Numbered from the stretch's first letter, positions 51,655 to 63,648 are shown. The stretch: DNA of 64,000 nucleotides from Eledone cirrhosa (GCA_964016885.1 OZ024755.1:23560001-23624000); one strand, 5' to 3'. Made by a program: numbers and translations. Notes: a model not told the origin generated them from the sequence alone.

Positions 51655-53020
51655 TGGTGATGGTGGCAACTTGATTTCAAGTAATGCCATCATTTGATAC
51701 TTAAGCATGAGCATCACAGATGTGGCTTCCTAGTCCTGCTAGAGACTTGCCTATGGCCAGCAATACCATGCATCGCAAAAAGTGTCATATCAAGTGATGC
51801 CTGTGCTTGAAGCTTTTTTAAATGAGGAAAGGCTTTGTACGGGGCCAATCCCACTTTCTGAACATTGAATGCATTTACACAAAAAGAAGAACTGGCCTAC
51901 ATTATTGGATATAAATGAAGTCGCAAGTTTTATATCAGAGTGACCTAGATAGATGTCTTAATGAAGACTAGGAGTCTCTCGCTCAAAAGAAAAAAACTTT
52001 ATTGGATGGCCGTTAACTCTGCACTTTGACGGATTTTGTTTTTCATCCCACAGAGTGTCCCAAAACACCCCCCTCACCAAGCAAGCTTGGTGGGGTTGCT
52101 GGTTTAGTCGTCGTACTCAGATTGTACTCTGTTACATGTTACCAGTAGCGCTGAAGAGCAACCTGACATAACATGCATACAAACACATACATACACACAT
52201 GCATGCATGCATACATACATACACACATACATACATGCATGATGGCTGCAAACTCTGCTAAGAGTATTGCAATCGCTTGTCAGATTATGGAAAATGGTGC
52301 GCTTCTAGGCTACGGCCTGTAACAGATCCTGAACAAGCAATGCCTGTGCTTTGAAGGTTTTTTAAGTGGGAAAGGCCTTGCACTCGACCAATCCCACTCT
52401 GAGCATCAAAAACATTACCTGAAAAGGAGAACTGGTCAACATCATCATGCTTCTAAAGCCGTAGGTTTTTTTTTCCAGAGTTTCCCTCTCTTAGAAAGGT
52501 GATGTGACAACAACTGGGGGTCTTCCACTCCCAGGTGAAAAAAAAAAAAAGTACTATTTGGATGGCTGTCCGCCCTTTGCCGGGTCTTGTATTTCATCAC
52601 GCAGGGTGTCCAAATATCACCCTCCCCACCATGGGGTTGCTGGTTTAGTCGCCGATGATCCAACCATGAGACAGGTTGTACTGGGTTACATACATACATA
52701 TATATACATGATGGCTGCCCCCTGATTATCGAGTATGACTATTGCACGTTATACCATTATTAAAATTATTAATTAATTCTATCGTGCAATGCCTGTGCAT
52801 GAAGATATTTTTTAAAGTGAGGAAAGACTGTGCACTGAGCCAATCCCACTCTCTGAGCGACAGTAGCTATAACCCGAAAAGAAAAAAAGATGAACATCAT
52901 CGGTAACTACTGAGCCGCAGGTTTTATATCGGAGTTATCCCAGTTTCCTGAGTTGCCTTCTCCTAGAAGAATGCCCTGACAAAGGCTAGGGGTCCTTCAC
53001 ATACATGCATACATACATAC
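51655..53020 (+). mobile_element. Three head-to-tail copies of a ~450-bp non-autonomous element separated by (ATAC)n
   Basis: Shared blocks ATGCCTGTGC, CCAATCCCACT and GGGGTTGCTGGTTTAGTCG (last block absent from the truncated third unit); units start ~51658, 52241 and 52709. Confidence 0.7.
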
Positions 53021-53662
53021 ACTATTTACACATACTTGAGACAAACAGAAAAAATAAATAAAAAGTGAGTTATGCCTTGATAGAAGAAAAAAACAAAAAA
53101 CAAATGCAATTATTTTTGTCTGTTTTTACAGAAGTAAACAAAGTATTTAGCTTAGGTACATTTGAATAAATGTATAATTAGGCTTTCTTGTGACACAATA
53201 GAATTTTTTAGTGATGGTTCCTGGGAAGTTTTAGATCACTTGACACTGTAAAAATAATTGGATTATTTCCATTTCGTATTATGTGAAATAGTTACATTGT
53301 CAGTCTTTAATTTGAATGAAAGTTTCAGAAATATTTTACAAACACATTGTGATCAGCTTGCAACTATATGATTAGACTGAACAATGCACACTTAAGGTCA
53401 TTCAGTAGTACATAACAACACACAGTTGCGTTTCTGCTTTATATTATGTCGCAATTCTGAAATCTACAACTAATAATTAAATTATATACTTGGGTTTATC
53501 ATTTGCCTGTAGCCTAGACATACATATATATATATATATTTTCACCTATCTATTCCTTATGAAGCCTTTAAACACACACACACAAACACATACATACACA
53601 CACACACATGCATGCACACACACATACATACACATGCACACAGATACACACACACACAAACA

Positions 53663-53828
53663 CAGTGCGGATTTACCATTGTGCTTAGGTGTGCTTAAGC
53701 ACAGGACCCCATTGGCCACCAGGACCCATCTTCCTGCCAAAAAAATGTTTTACCTCCTTCAGAGCCATGGTAAGGGGGCCTCATAACTTAACTAGTACAG
53801 GGCCTCATTTGTCCTAAATCTGGCACTG
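53663..53828. mobile_element. Small TIR MITE (hAT-like)
   Basis: CAGTGCGGATTTA / TAAATCTGGCACTG; imperfect 8-bp flanks CACAAACA / CACATGCA. Confidence 0.6.
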
Positions 53829-55311
53829 CACATGCACACAGACACACACAAACATACAATTGATGTTTACCGCTATAAACAAATGAACATTCCCATCAAA
53901 AGTTCAATACACAAAATCTAAATAGGTATCAGTTGAGTGAATGTCACTAATGAGAGATAAATAAATCTTGAAAGAGCTGTCTGACATTCTCAACGGCTAC
54001 TAAGATATCTGAGACATTTTTTTTTATATAACACACACATTTTTCTTTATATAATACACAGTCACACACACACTTATGTGTGTGTATTATGACTCATACA
54101 CAAATTCTCATACACACATACATACAAACAAAACTGCAAATAATATAATGATTTGATTTAGTTAACTGTTAGATCAAACAAATGCAATGAGTAGATAAAT
54201 GATCCTTAATGTATAAGCCATACACACACACATCATCATCATCATCACCGTTTTACGTCCGTTCTTCCACGCTAGCATGGGTTAGACGGGTTGTCCTGTT
54301 GTGGGCAGTGTCCGGTCGGCTGACCTTGTCTTGCTCATACAGGAACTGATTCTGGCTTGATTTCTACAGCCGGATGCCCTTCCTAACACCAACCTCATTT
54401 ACAGTGAGTGCTGGGTGCTTTTTTTCCGTGGCGCCTACACGTCCACTTTACAGTGTGGGCTGGGTGCTTTTTTGTCATGGTACCTCCACGACAACTTTGC
54501 AGTGTGTGTGTGTATGGGGGGGGGGGGGATTTCATTTCTAGAGCACCCACGAAGAATGTAAAACTGCGAATATTGAATGTGGTGCATAAAAATGCCTATA
54601 AACATCAAAATATAAAAACAGAGGAAGTATCTTATGCGAAGGGGCATCTAATAGGTCAGCAAATACGGTATATTGTTATTAATAATTTAGCATTAAAAAA
54701 TATATATTGTCACGAAAAAAGCCATAAAATAAATTGCGGAAGATATTTAGGAGTCTGCGAATATGCAGTGGTTTCCACGAATAATTATTTGTTAGGTTCT
54801 AAGGAAAATTCCATGAATAACCAGAACCACGAGTGTTGGGACCGCAAATGCCAGAGTTACATTGTATAGGTGAATGTGAAGGCATATGACTTAGGGGTTA
54901 AGATTTGGGGTTCACAGACATAAGGTCATCAATTTTATTCCCACCGAGACAGTGTGTCTTTTAGCAAGACACTTTACTTCATGTTGTTCTTGTCTGGTTA
55001 CTGGTAAAAAAAACTGTGTTTTACCTGTAATTCAAAGGGCCAGCTATGTCACACACTGTGCCATGTTGAATTTCCCAGAAACCTACAGTAAAGGTACACA
55101 TATTTATAGAATATTTTTCCTCCTTTGCCCCTCCTTTTTCTACAAACCTAGTTGTTACTTATTCTTTTCATTGAAAACAAAATGTGAAAAACAAAAAAAT
55201 CAGAGAAAACTCTGATGAGGAGAGGGGGTATGGGTACTCACCCCCTCCCCTCAGTTTTCTTATATGAAAGCTAAAGGGATCTAATTTAAGAATGCTATTG
55301 TTTGCAAAATT

Positions 55312-55817
55312 AAGCACCAGTAATGCACTGGGGTAATTGCTGGCCTTGTGCCAAAAGTAGAAACAGTTATTGTTTGCAAAATTTATGACAGTTTGTAGAT
55401 GTGAATGGAGTTTTCTTAGATAAAAAAAAAAGGAAATCAACATAATAGTTGTTTCCACTTTTGGCACAAGGCCAGCAATTATCCCAGTGTATTACTGGTA
55501 CTTTATTTTATCGACCCCGTAAGGATGAAAGGCAAAGTTAACCTCGGCAGGATTTGAACTCAGGTTGCAAAGGGCCGTAACTTTATGCTGCAAAGCATGG
55601 CAGCATAGAGTTACGGAAATCAACATAATAATTGTTTCTACTTTTGGCACAAGGCCAGCAATTACCCAGTACATTACTGGTACTTTATTTTATCGACCCC
55701 GTAAGGATGAAAGGCAAAGTCAACCTCGGCGGGATTTGAACTCAGATCGTAAAGGGACGTAGCTATGCCGGAAAGCATGGCGTCCGACCCTCTACCGATA
55801 CTGCCAATCCACCGCCC
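55312..55817. mobile_element. Cluster of family-A SINEs (short + copy 55312-55367; two - copies ~55446-55600 and 55630-55817)
   Basis: TSD TATTGTTTGCAAAATT around the short copy; GGAAATCAACATAAT duplicated before both minus copies. Confidence 0.85.
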
Positions 55818-56189
55818 TACATAATAATGAAATGTGATAAATTGTGTCATGACAAGGAAAAGAAGAAAACACTTACACACAAAAACAACAACAACAACAA
55901 CAAAAAAAACATGAAATGATAGCTTGTAAAGGTGGAAAGTTAGTTTCTGAAGCAAGGAAAACCAAGTTCAACAAGGGAAATATCTGAATGCATAAAAAAG
56001 CAAAGCTGGAAAGTACGATGATGCATTTAGAACATCAAAACAGATGGTAATTGCAAACTATGATAAAACATGAGAAAAATGTAAGCACAATAATAATGGC
56101 AGGCTGAAAATTACTGATAATGAGAAAATGTAGCAGCTGTTATGTAAGGACTATGACTGGGATAGAGTGAGGCTATGTTAGAAGTTTAG

Positions 56190-56245
<56 letters not shown>

Positions 56246-56454
56246 TGAGAAAAAGAAGGAAATCTGAGAAAATATCCAGGTAGTCTGGTACTGTTAAAAA
56301 GATGCTACAGGTATTAGAATTGATAATGGTAATATTAGTAACACTAATTAATAGGGACCTGTGCTAATTTATAGTTCATATAAATTTCTTTGTTATTTGA
56401 AATAGATTTGAAAGAGAAAATTAGGTGCTATAATTGATGGAAATAGCAGAAGAA

Positions 56455-56870
56455 TGTTAACACATTACTTGAAGGATACCTGGCATTACTCAGGAAATAA
56501 AGCAAACATTACTTGAAATATACCTGACATTGCTCAGGAAATAAAGCAAACACTTTACTTGAAGTATACCTGGCATTGCCCAGGAAATAAAGCAAACACA
56601 TTACTTGAAGTATACTTTGTATTGCTCAGGAAATAAAGTAAAGATTTTACTTGAAGGATACTTGGCATTGCCCAGGAAATAAAGCAAGCACATTACTTGA
56701 AGTACACCTGACATTAGCCAGGAAATAAAGCAAACACATTACTTGAAGTATACCTGGAATTGCCCAGGAAATAAAGCAAAGACATTACTTGAAGGATACC
56801 TGGCGTTACCCAGGAAATAAAGCAAACACATTACTTGGAGTATACCTGGCATTGCTCAGGAAATAAAATA
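56455..56870. repeat. 46-bp minisatellite, ~9 units
   Basis: AAACACATTACTTGAAGTATACCTGGCATTGCCCAGGAAATAAAGC repeated; internal CCTGG/CCAGG dyad. Confidence 0.95.
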
Positions 56871-57259
56871 AATTGATGGCCAATTTGTTGAATGAGAATC
56901 ATGGTAAAAAATTTAAATGAATTTATTATTTCAAACACAGGGGTGGTGGATTTGGTGAAGTTGTTAGAGCATCAGAAAAATGTGTTGGTTGTTTTGATGC
57001 CAAGCACCCAGTCCACACTGTAAATGTGGTTGGTGTTAGGAAGGGAATCCAGCTGTAGAAACCAAGCCAGAAACAGTTCTGTATGAGTAAGACACAGTCA
57101 CCTGATCTGACTTGTCTTCAAGTAATGTTTTTACTTTATTTTCTGAGCAATACAAGGTATACTTCATTTAACCCATGCTAGCATGGAAAAATGGATGTTA
57201 AATGGTGATGATGATGATATGTATATATATATCTATATGTGGTTGATGGCTGAGAGAAA

Positions 57260-57436
57260 AGAGAACTCAATACTGAAGTAGAGTTTTGATATTCATTTAT
57301 ATTAAGGCTAAAAAGTGAGTCTTGTTATTCGGGAGTTTTGCCTGTTTATCACAAGATAATCTGATGTCCCTGTGATAAACTGATAAACAGGCTAAACCCC
57401 AGAATAACAAGATTCACTTTTAAGCCTTAATATAAA

Positions 57437-57473
<37 letters not shown>

Positions 57474-57624
57474 AGATTCAGGACCCTGACGGCCGAGCAC
57501 TGGCTGTTTCAATAGCTAGATTCAAACAGTTCTGATCTATCTATCAAAATGGCCACAGCTCAGCTGTTAGGATCCTGAATCTTTTCATATTATCCACTCT
57601 ACTACCCCAAGTATCAAGTTCTCT
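57260..57624. repeat. Composite fold-back: two long hairpins (57289-57443, 57466-57590) inside outer inverted repeats
   Basis: ATATTCATTTATATTAAGGCT / AGCCTTAATATAAATGAATAT; ATATGAAAAGATTCAGGA / TCCTGAATCTTTTCATAT; outer AGAGAACT..GTAGAGT / ACTCTAC..AGTTCTCT. Confidence 0.85.
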
Positions 57625-57677
57625 GATGTGTTATGGTCCACCTGGTATCTGACCACACCCTCTCTGTTCTATATATA

Positions 57678-58546
57678 CAGGGTGAGGATGATATTTGTTC
57701 GCAATTTTCAACTGCTAATTTTATGCAAATTATTTTTACTTACGTTGTCACTCTTGTCTTCATAAAAACAGTGACTATATTTCCATTATTTATTTTCAGA
57801 ATAATTGATTATGAATAATTTTGAACCTCCAAATTTGTGGAAGAGACACAGAGTTCTTCTTGGAATCCGTGCCGGGAGGACAAATAAGACCAGAAAATCA
57901 ACTCCCAGAACAACAGGTGGCTCGTTGTCTCATCCAAAGACGTGCCCAGCGACAACATTGGTCTTAGGTGTCGTCAGCAGTCAAGGTGACGTCATGCCAC
58001 CTTACTTCTTCCCTGAGGGCCTCAAGCTGAACACCGATGGCTACATCCGTGTTCTGAGCGAGGTAGTAAAGCCCTGGATCGACCAGATAGCTGTAGGTAG
58101 GCCGTACATGTGGAAGCAAGACTCAGCGCCCTGCCATACCAGCTGAAAGACCCAAGCCTTGCTGTCAGAGAACTTCATCGACCACACTTCACCTGACATC
58201 TGGCCCCCTAGCTCGCCTGACTGCAACCCCCTTGACTTCTTTGTGTGGAGCACAGTGGAACAAGACACCAACAGATCTAGCTGCAATACGAAAGACGATC
58301 TGAAGGCCAGGATCACAAGTGCCTTTAGGAGCCTAAGTCGGGGGACAGTGACGAAGGCCTGTAGCCGGTTCCGAGGCCGCCTTGAGGCCGTCATCAAAGC
58401 CAATGGCGGGTTTATCAAGTGAGATCGAAAGAACAAGTCATGAAGACAAACTGACCCAAGTTTGATAAATATATCTTAAAAAATAAAACTACTGTGTTAT
58501 ATTCTCCTAGACAGTAATCTTGTGAACAAATATCGTCCGCACCCTG
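57678..58546 (+). mobile_element. Internally deleted maT (DD37D) Tc1/mariner-superfamily transposon
   Basis: TA TSD; TIRs CAGGGTGAGGATGATATTTGTTC / GAACAAATATCGTCCGCACCCTG. Transposase remnant 57811-58422 has QDSAPCH...WPPSSPDCNPLD with 37 residues between the last two Asp. Confidence 0.92.
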
Positions 58547-59914
58547 TATATATAATTCAAATTTAGAGATATATGTATAGAAAGAGAAAGAGTCATATAT
58601 CTTTTGAGAAACACAGTATTTTTTACACATACAAAAGATACATAATATTTATGAAAAATACGTACTTTAAGATGGAAAAAGTTCTTATTTCCTTATAGCG
58701 CTATTTATATATATACATATAGTCATTGCATTATGTGCACATTTCAAAATTTGAACATGCACAAACATATTTATACGATATGCATTTAAGTACTCATATA
58801 TACAGATGTATTGTACTCCTAACAGCTATCTACATCTACATCTAATAAAGATCAACACCCATCATGTTAATAATTGTTTTTAGTAATGAGTTGGAGAGTG
58901 GGAAATAACAGTATATCAATTAAAGGTAGACACATCTAGCCATATGTGAGAACATTTCCATCATTACCAAGTACACGCACCAGTTTACTTCTTACTACTG
59001 GAACAGAATACTGATAGCAACTAACTGAACCAACAGCAGATAGCCACTGCTTTCTGTCAGGTTAACATGTTTAGGCACTTTAGCATTTACATTATGCTAT
59101 ATTTACTATTATATTTCTGTGGTTAAGGCTTTATCTTACATATTTCATATAATATCGAATCTATGAAATTTTGATGTTATTTATTTTGAGAACAATACCT
59201 TAACATCAGTATGAGCGGCCAGCTGTGGCCAGTTTGAACAAAAAGAGGTGAGAGAATTCTGGCCAAATAATGCTGGTTTAAGTGCTAAAGGGTTAGGGCA
59301 GCTACAATCAACATTGACATGATGGAAGGTATGTCAGGAAATATTATAAAAATGCTGGAATGATTATGACAGACTTGTTCTAGGTGATGCTAAAAGGAAA
59401 AATACACTAAAGTCCTATTACAAAATGTTTTTGAATGAGGAGAATTTGAGGGTCTACTCTGAGTAGAGGGATCAGCCACTGATACTGACATCAGTAAGGT
59501 CATAAGTACAGTTAAGAATACAAAGGTAGGGAAAGCAGCTGGTACATCAGGAATTGTCACTGAGATGTTTAAAATATGTAGTGAAGTAGAGAAAGCTGTT
59601 ATACCATTGACTGGCATAGTAATGGCATTGTTAACTGCTACAAAGAGTAAAGAAACCACAAAGGCATCAGAATATTAGAAAAAACTACAAAAGTCATGAA
59701 ATTTGATTAGGAATAGAATCGGCCAGGATGAGATGTAATTCAGTTTTACATTAGAAGAAGGTATAGCTGATGCCATATTCATAGTGAGACAACTGCAGAA
59801 GTACTGAGCTAGGAGTAAGTTCTAATACCTAGAGAATGCCTGTTAACCTGCAGAATGCCTTTGACAATGTTCTAAGCTTTGTAATCTAGCAGTTGCTAAG
59901 AAAACTAGTATGTG

Positions 59915-60885
59915 AGTAGCTTGTCTGTTGCATATATTAATGACATAGATGCCAACTTAAAGAATGCCACAGTACTGAAATATGCAGATGACATCAAGCT
60001 GTACCAGAACACTATAGATCTTTCCTGCAATCAGACCTGGACACAATGCAGCAATGGATCACGGACTGGCAGCTCAAGCTGGCAGAGGAGAAGCGTACCA
60101 CCATGCATTTTAGGAGGAAAAGCCCAGCATCCACACACTCCCTCCACAACACTAATATCAAGAAGTCTTCTTGTGAACGTGACCTGGTCATTACTGTCAG
60201 CAGCAATTTGCATTGGACAAAATTGTCAAGAAGGTTGAGGGTGTCTTGGCATCACTCAGCAAGACCTTTGTCAACCGCTCTCCAGCTCTCTATTTAAAGC
60301 TCTATATAGCTATGGTACGGCTACACTTAGAATTTGCATACCTCCTAGAAACTGTTCAGAGACATGTAACCAACCTCCATCAAGCGTCTACCATATTCTG
60401 AACGACATGCTTCCGTGGCCATGTATACATTGAAGATCTGACATCTGGCAACTGACTTGGTAAACACCCACAAAATTATTAACCATCTTGCCAACAACAA
60501 CCCTGAGCACCTTTTTGAATTCCATGTGTCTAACACATGTGGACATGCCTACAAAGTCAGAAAACAGCACAGCTCCCATGACTTTCAGAAACAATTTTTC
60601 ATGATCAGAGTTGCTGAAGCATGGAATAAACTACTTGTATCAGATATTAGCTGTCAGGACATTGCATACTTTAAAACCCCCATGTTTCCTGAAATTCGCC
60701 AACACTACACCTGATATCCCCCTCCATACACACACACACACACATGCATATCATGACACATACACTGTTCACTTTCCTGACATTTGTACATTATTCTATG
60801 TACTATACATGCACCTTTGATGAGTTGTAGTGCACCTGAGCACTGTACACAATAATTTCATCATTATTATTATTATTATTATTAT
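59915..60885 (+). mobile_element. CR1/L2-type LINE, 5'-truncated, RT C-terminal half plus 3' tail
   Basis: YINDID...LKYADDIKLY, LYIAMVRLHLEFA, FF..RVAEAWNKL, (ATT)n tail. Confidence 0.92.
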
Positions 60886-61212
60886 TTTAAACAACCGTAA
60901 ATAAACGGTAATCTTCAGATAAAAAGAAAATATATGTTACTAAAAGTTATATTCAACGAAAGTATATACAAAATAATTGTTACACGCAAAATACGGCATG
61001 GAATTTTCTTGATTTTCGTATGTAACAGTTATTTATATATTTTTGCAGTGAATAATCAAGTACACTAATTTTATATTTCTCATTAAATTAGCATCACCTT
61101 TTTCTTTCGAAACAAATCTTATCTTTGGCATTTTTTTTTCGTAGATCGTTAAGCTAAGGGAAGCAACTCTCTATCAAGGGAAGTAATTATAAGTGTTTCT
61201 GTCTGGCAATAA

Positions 61213-61665
61213 TTCGGAAATACCTGGACTAATCTAATAATTATTTCTCCAGCTCTTGACGTTCGAGACGTTAGATGGAATTGGAACGCTGACAGCGAAG
61301 TTCTTGTCATCACTGGCGGCTCACCTTACCGAAGTGTCAGGTGATGCTTGTGAGGGTGCCTGTTTTTTTAGAGCCTTAGCCTAGTCATCACCCGTGGTAA
61401 TGCCGCGAGCGTGTTGGCTTGCCTCAAAGTATGTAGTTAACCCCTAAGGCGTGAGGTGCAACCAATTGTTTCACTTGGTGGTGAATCTCCCCACTCCTTT
61501 TCTTTCCTTTATCATTATTGTTCAATGAATTATATTATTATATTTCTATAAACAGTTTTCTATAAACGAATTGCGAGCAATTTATAATGTTGTTTATGTA
61601 TATATTTAAAACATATTTGTAATGTTATTCAACTGTAAATTTATACAATTGTGAATAAAATGATT
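61213..61665 (+). mobile_element. 3' end of a CRE-like (RLE endonuclease) non-LTR retrotransposon with 3'UTR
   Basis: LTFETLDGIGTLTAKFLSSLAAHLTEVSGDACEGACF/frameshift/*SLSLVITRGNAASVLACLKVCS* (stop at 61440). Right boundary approximate. Confidence 0.8.
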
Positions 61666-61780
61666 TACTTTATTTTACCAAATATGATTATCTGTTATTG
61701 TTTGTTTAGACCCAGCCCAACCTTGATCGAACAGATCTATGGTAGAAGAGATTCCAGCCTGTTTTCGTACAAATATTAAC

Positions 61781-62046
61781 TTTTGTACATTATTCTATGT
61801 ACTATACATGCACTTTTGATGAGTTGTAGTACACCTGAGCACTGTACACAATAATTTTCATTATTATTAGACTGGCAGTATCGATAGAGGGTCGGACGCC
61901 ATGCTTTCCAGCATAGTTTCGTCCCTTTACGATCTGAGTTCAAATCCCGCCGAGGTTGACTTTGCCTTTCATCCTTACGGGGTCGATAAAATAAAGTACC
62001 AGTAATGCACTGAGTATTGCTGCCCTTGTGCCTAAAGTAGAAACAA
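61781..62046 (+). mobile_element. Short CR1 3' tail (61781-61870) followed by a family-A SINE inserted in its (ATT)n
   Basis: TSD ATTATTATTAGAC on both sides of the SINE. Confidence 0.85.
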
Positions 62047-62299
62047 TTATTATTAGACAGTGTCATGTGGTTTGATGGAGATTTAGCTGTTATTTCTGGT
62101 TGATTGAGCTACCACGTAGGTGCCCTTTCTTTGGTGCGAGAGATTCTATGTTAACATAAGGAAAATCAGTAAAAAGCAAAAGTTGAATTTTATTTGAGAG
62201 TTATTCGAAGAAATGACATTTTGAACATCCTCAAATAATTCTCTTCCCTGAAATTAAAGATATTCCTTTCCATCATAATCAACTATGCCTTTTGAAATC

Positions 62300-62541
62300 T
62301 CATCTCATCATCTCATCTGTCCCATAATCTGTTGGACCATTGGGGCACCACAGATAACCTGGCAACCAGCTCCTTCCATTCCTCTCGCCTCTCCACCTTC
62401 CTCATGGTTCCACCCAGCTTCATGCCTGTCCATTCCAGGATGTTGTCCTCCCCTCTGTTTTTCTGCCTGCTTCTCTTCCTCCCTCCTTGTACTGTTCCCT
62501 GCAGGACAGTCTTGGCAAGCCCTAAAGATCTTGTCTCGTGC
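62300..62541 (-). mobile_element. RTE (BovB-like) LINE 3' end
   Basis: GLAKTVLQGTVQGGRKRSRQK..EDNILEWTG...SVVPQWSNRLWDR* followed by a (GATGA)n tail. Confidence 0.85.
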
Positions 62542-62610
62542 CTTTTGGAATACTCACAACCAAATAAAGACAATGTTATTTATTTAGCCTTCTAATAAAA
62601 CACTATTTTT

Positions 62611-62656
62611 ATAATAATAATGAAATTATTGTGTACAGTGTTCAGGTACACTACAA
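62611..62656 (-). mobile_element. 46-nt CR1 3' tail fused to the 3' end of the 5S copy
   Basis: Reverse complement TTGTAGTGTACCTGAACACTGTACACAATAATTTCATTATTATTAT equals the tail of the other CR1 copies. Confidence 0.9.
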
Positions 62657-62667
62657 AAAAAAGTAAA

Positions 62668-63196
62668 TGCTTACATCACCTAGGGTTCGCAAGCGGACAT
62701 TGATGTAAGTACTAACTAGGCTCGGCGTTGCTTAACTTCGATGATCGGATGAGAACCGGTGTTTTCAGCATGATATAACACCCACAAAATTGTTAACCAT
62801 CTTGCCAACAACAACGCTGAGTACCTTTTTGATTTCCATGTGTCTAACACACGTGGGCATGCCCACAAAGTCAGAAAACAGTACAGTTCTCATGACTTTC
62901 GGAAACATTTTTTCACGCTCAGAGTTGCTGAAGCATGAAACAAACTACCTGCATCGGTTGTTAGCTGTCGAGACACTGCATCCTTTAAGGCCTCCATGCT
63001 TCCCGAGACTCGCCAACACTACACCTAATGTTCCCCCTCCATACACATACACACATGTATATCATGACTCATACACTATTCACTTCCCTGACATTTGTGT
63101 ATTATTCTATGTACTATACATGCACCTTTGACGAGTTGTAGTGCACCTGAGCACTTTACACAATAATTTCATTATATTATATTATATGGCCGATGC
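62668..63196 (-). pseudogene. 5S rRNA pseudogene split by a CR1 insertion (5' end 63184-63196, body 62668-62776)
   Basis: Reverse complement GCATCGGCCATAT|CATGCTGAAAACACCGGTTCTCATCCGATCATCGAAGTTAAGCAACGCCGAGCCTAGTTAGTACTT...CTAGGTGATGTAAGC follows the metazoan 5S consensus. Box A is intact; the box C region is degenerate. Confidence 0.9.
62777..63183 (+). mobile_element. CR1 3' fragment inserted into the 5S pseudogene
   Basis: Homologous to 60463-60885; flanked by ATAT (62773-62776/63184-63187). Confidence 0.9.
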
Positions 63197-63551
63197 TTTA
63201 TACAATACTTCAAGTAAACTACAGCAATCTCTTATCATGTTAAACAATTTTAGAGATCCTTCAACAGTTAAAATTTGTTTAAAACTAAATATTATACAAA
63301 TTCCACTAGCAAGATAAAACAAACAGAAAACAGAGAGTATTATAGTGATTCTTAAGTTCTATAGAATTTACTAAAAAAGAACGAGGCATAGAAGTGCCAC
63401 TATAAAAGTTGCTGAATGAGGAGAATTCGAGAATTGGTGGGGGATTGGGGACCCACACAAGAGAGACCAATCAAAGGGACCATGCAGACCTGCCAACCGC
63501 TAAAAACCCCAAACATGGAAAAAAATGGGACAAAATGTAGGGGTTTTACGT

Positions 63552-63648
63552 AATTGTTTCTACTTTTGGCACAAGGCCAGCAATTACCCAGTGCATTACT
63601 GGTACTTTATTTTATCGACGACCCCGTAAGGATGAAAGGCAAAGTTAA
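63552..63648 (-). mobile_element. Partial family-A SINE
   Basis: 3' half of the family consensus. Confidence 0.8.

Noticed and set aside
55700-55817. tRNA genes at SINE heads (A/B boxes)
   Set aside because: The heads are fused to SINE bodies and tails, many with TSDs, and do not form complete cloverleaves.
56455-56870. Regular repeats with an internal dyad, superficially CRISPR-like (also 43633-43937 and 10311-10720)
   Set aside because: The units are contiguous with no unique spacers, there are no cas genes, and the context is eukaryotic.
61250-61500. GC-rich structured block considered as telomerase RNA, 7SK, snRNA or a host exon
   Set aside because: No CTAACCCTAA template or snRNA motifs; it translates as a CRE-like endonuclease C-terminus with a frameshift.
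62611-63185. Inverted CR1 tails at both ends read as a TIR element or double-primed insertion
   Set aside because: The missing 5S 5' end at 63184-63196 with an ATAT duplication shows the right CR1 is a later insertion into the 5S copy.
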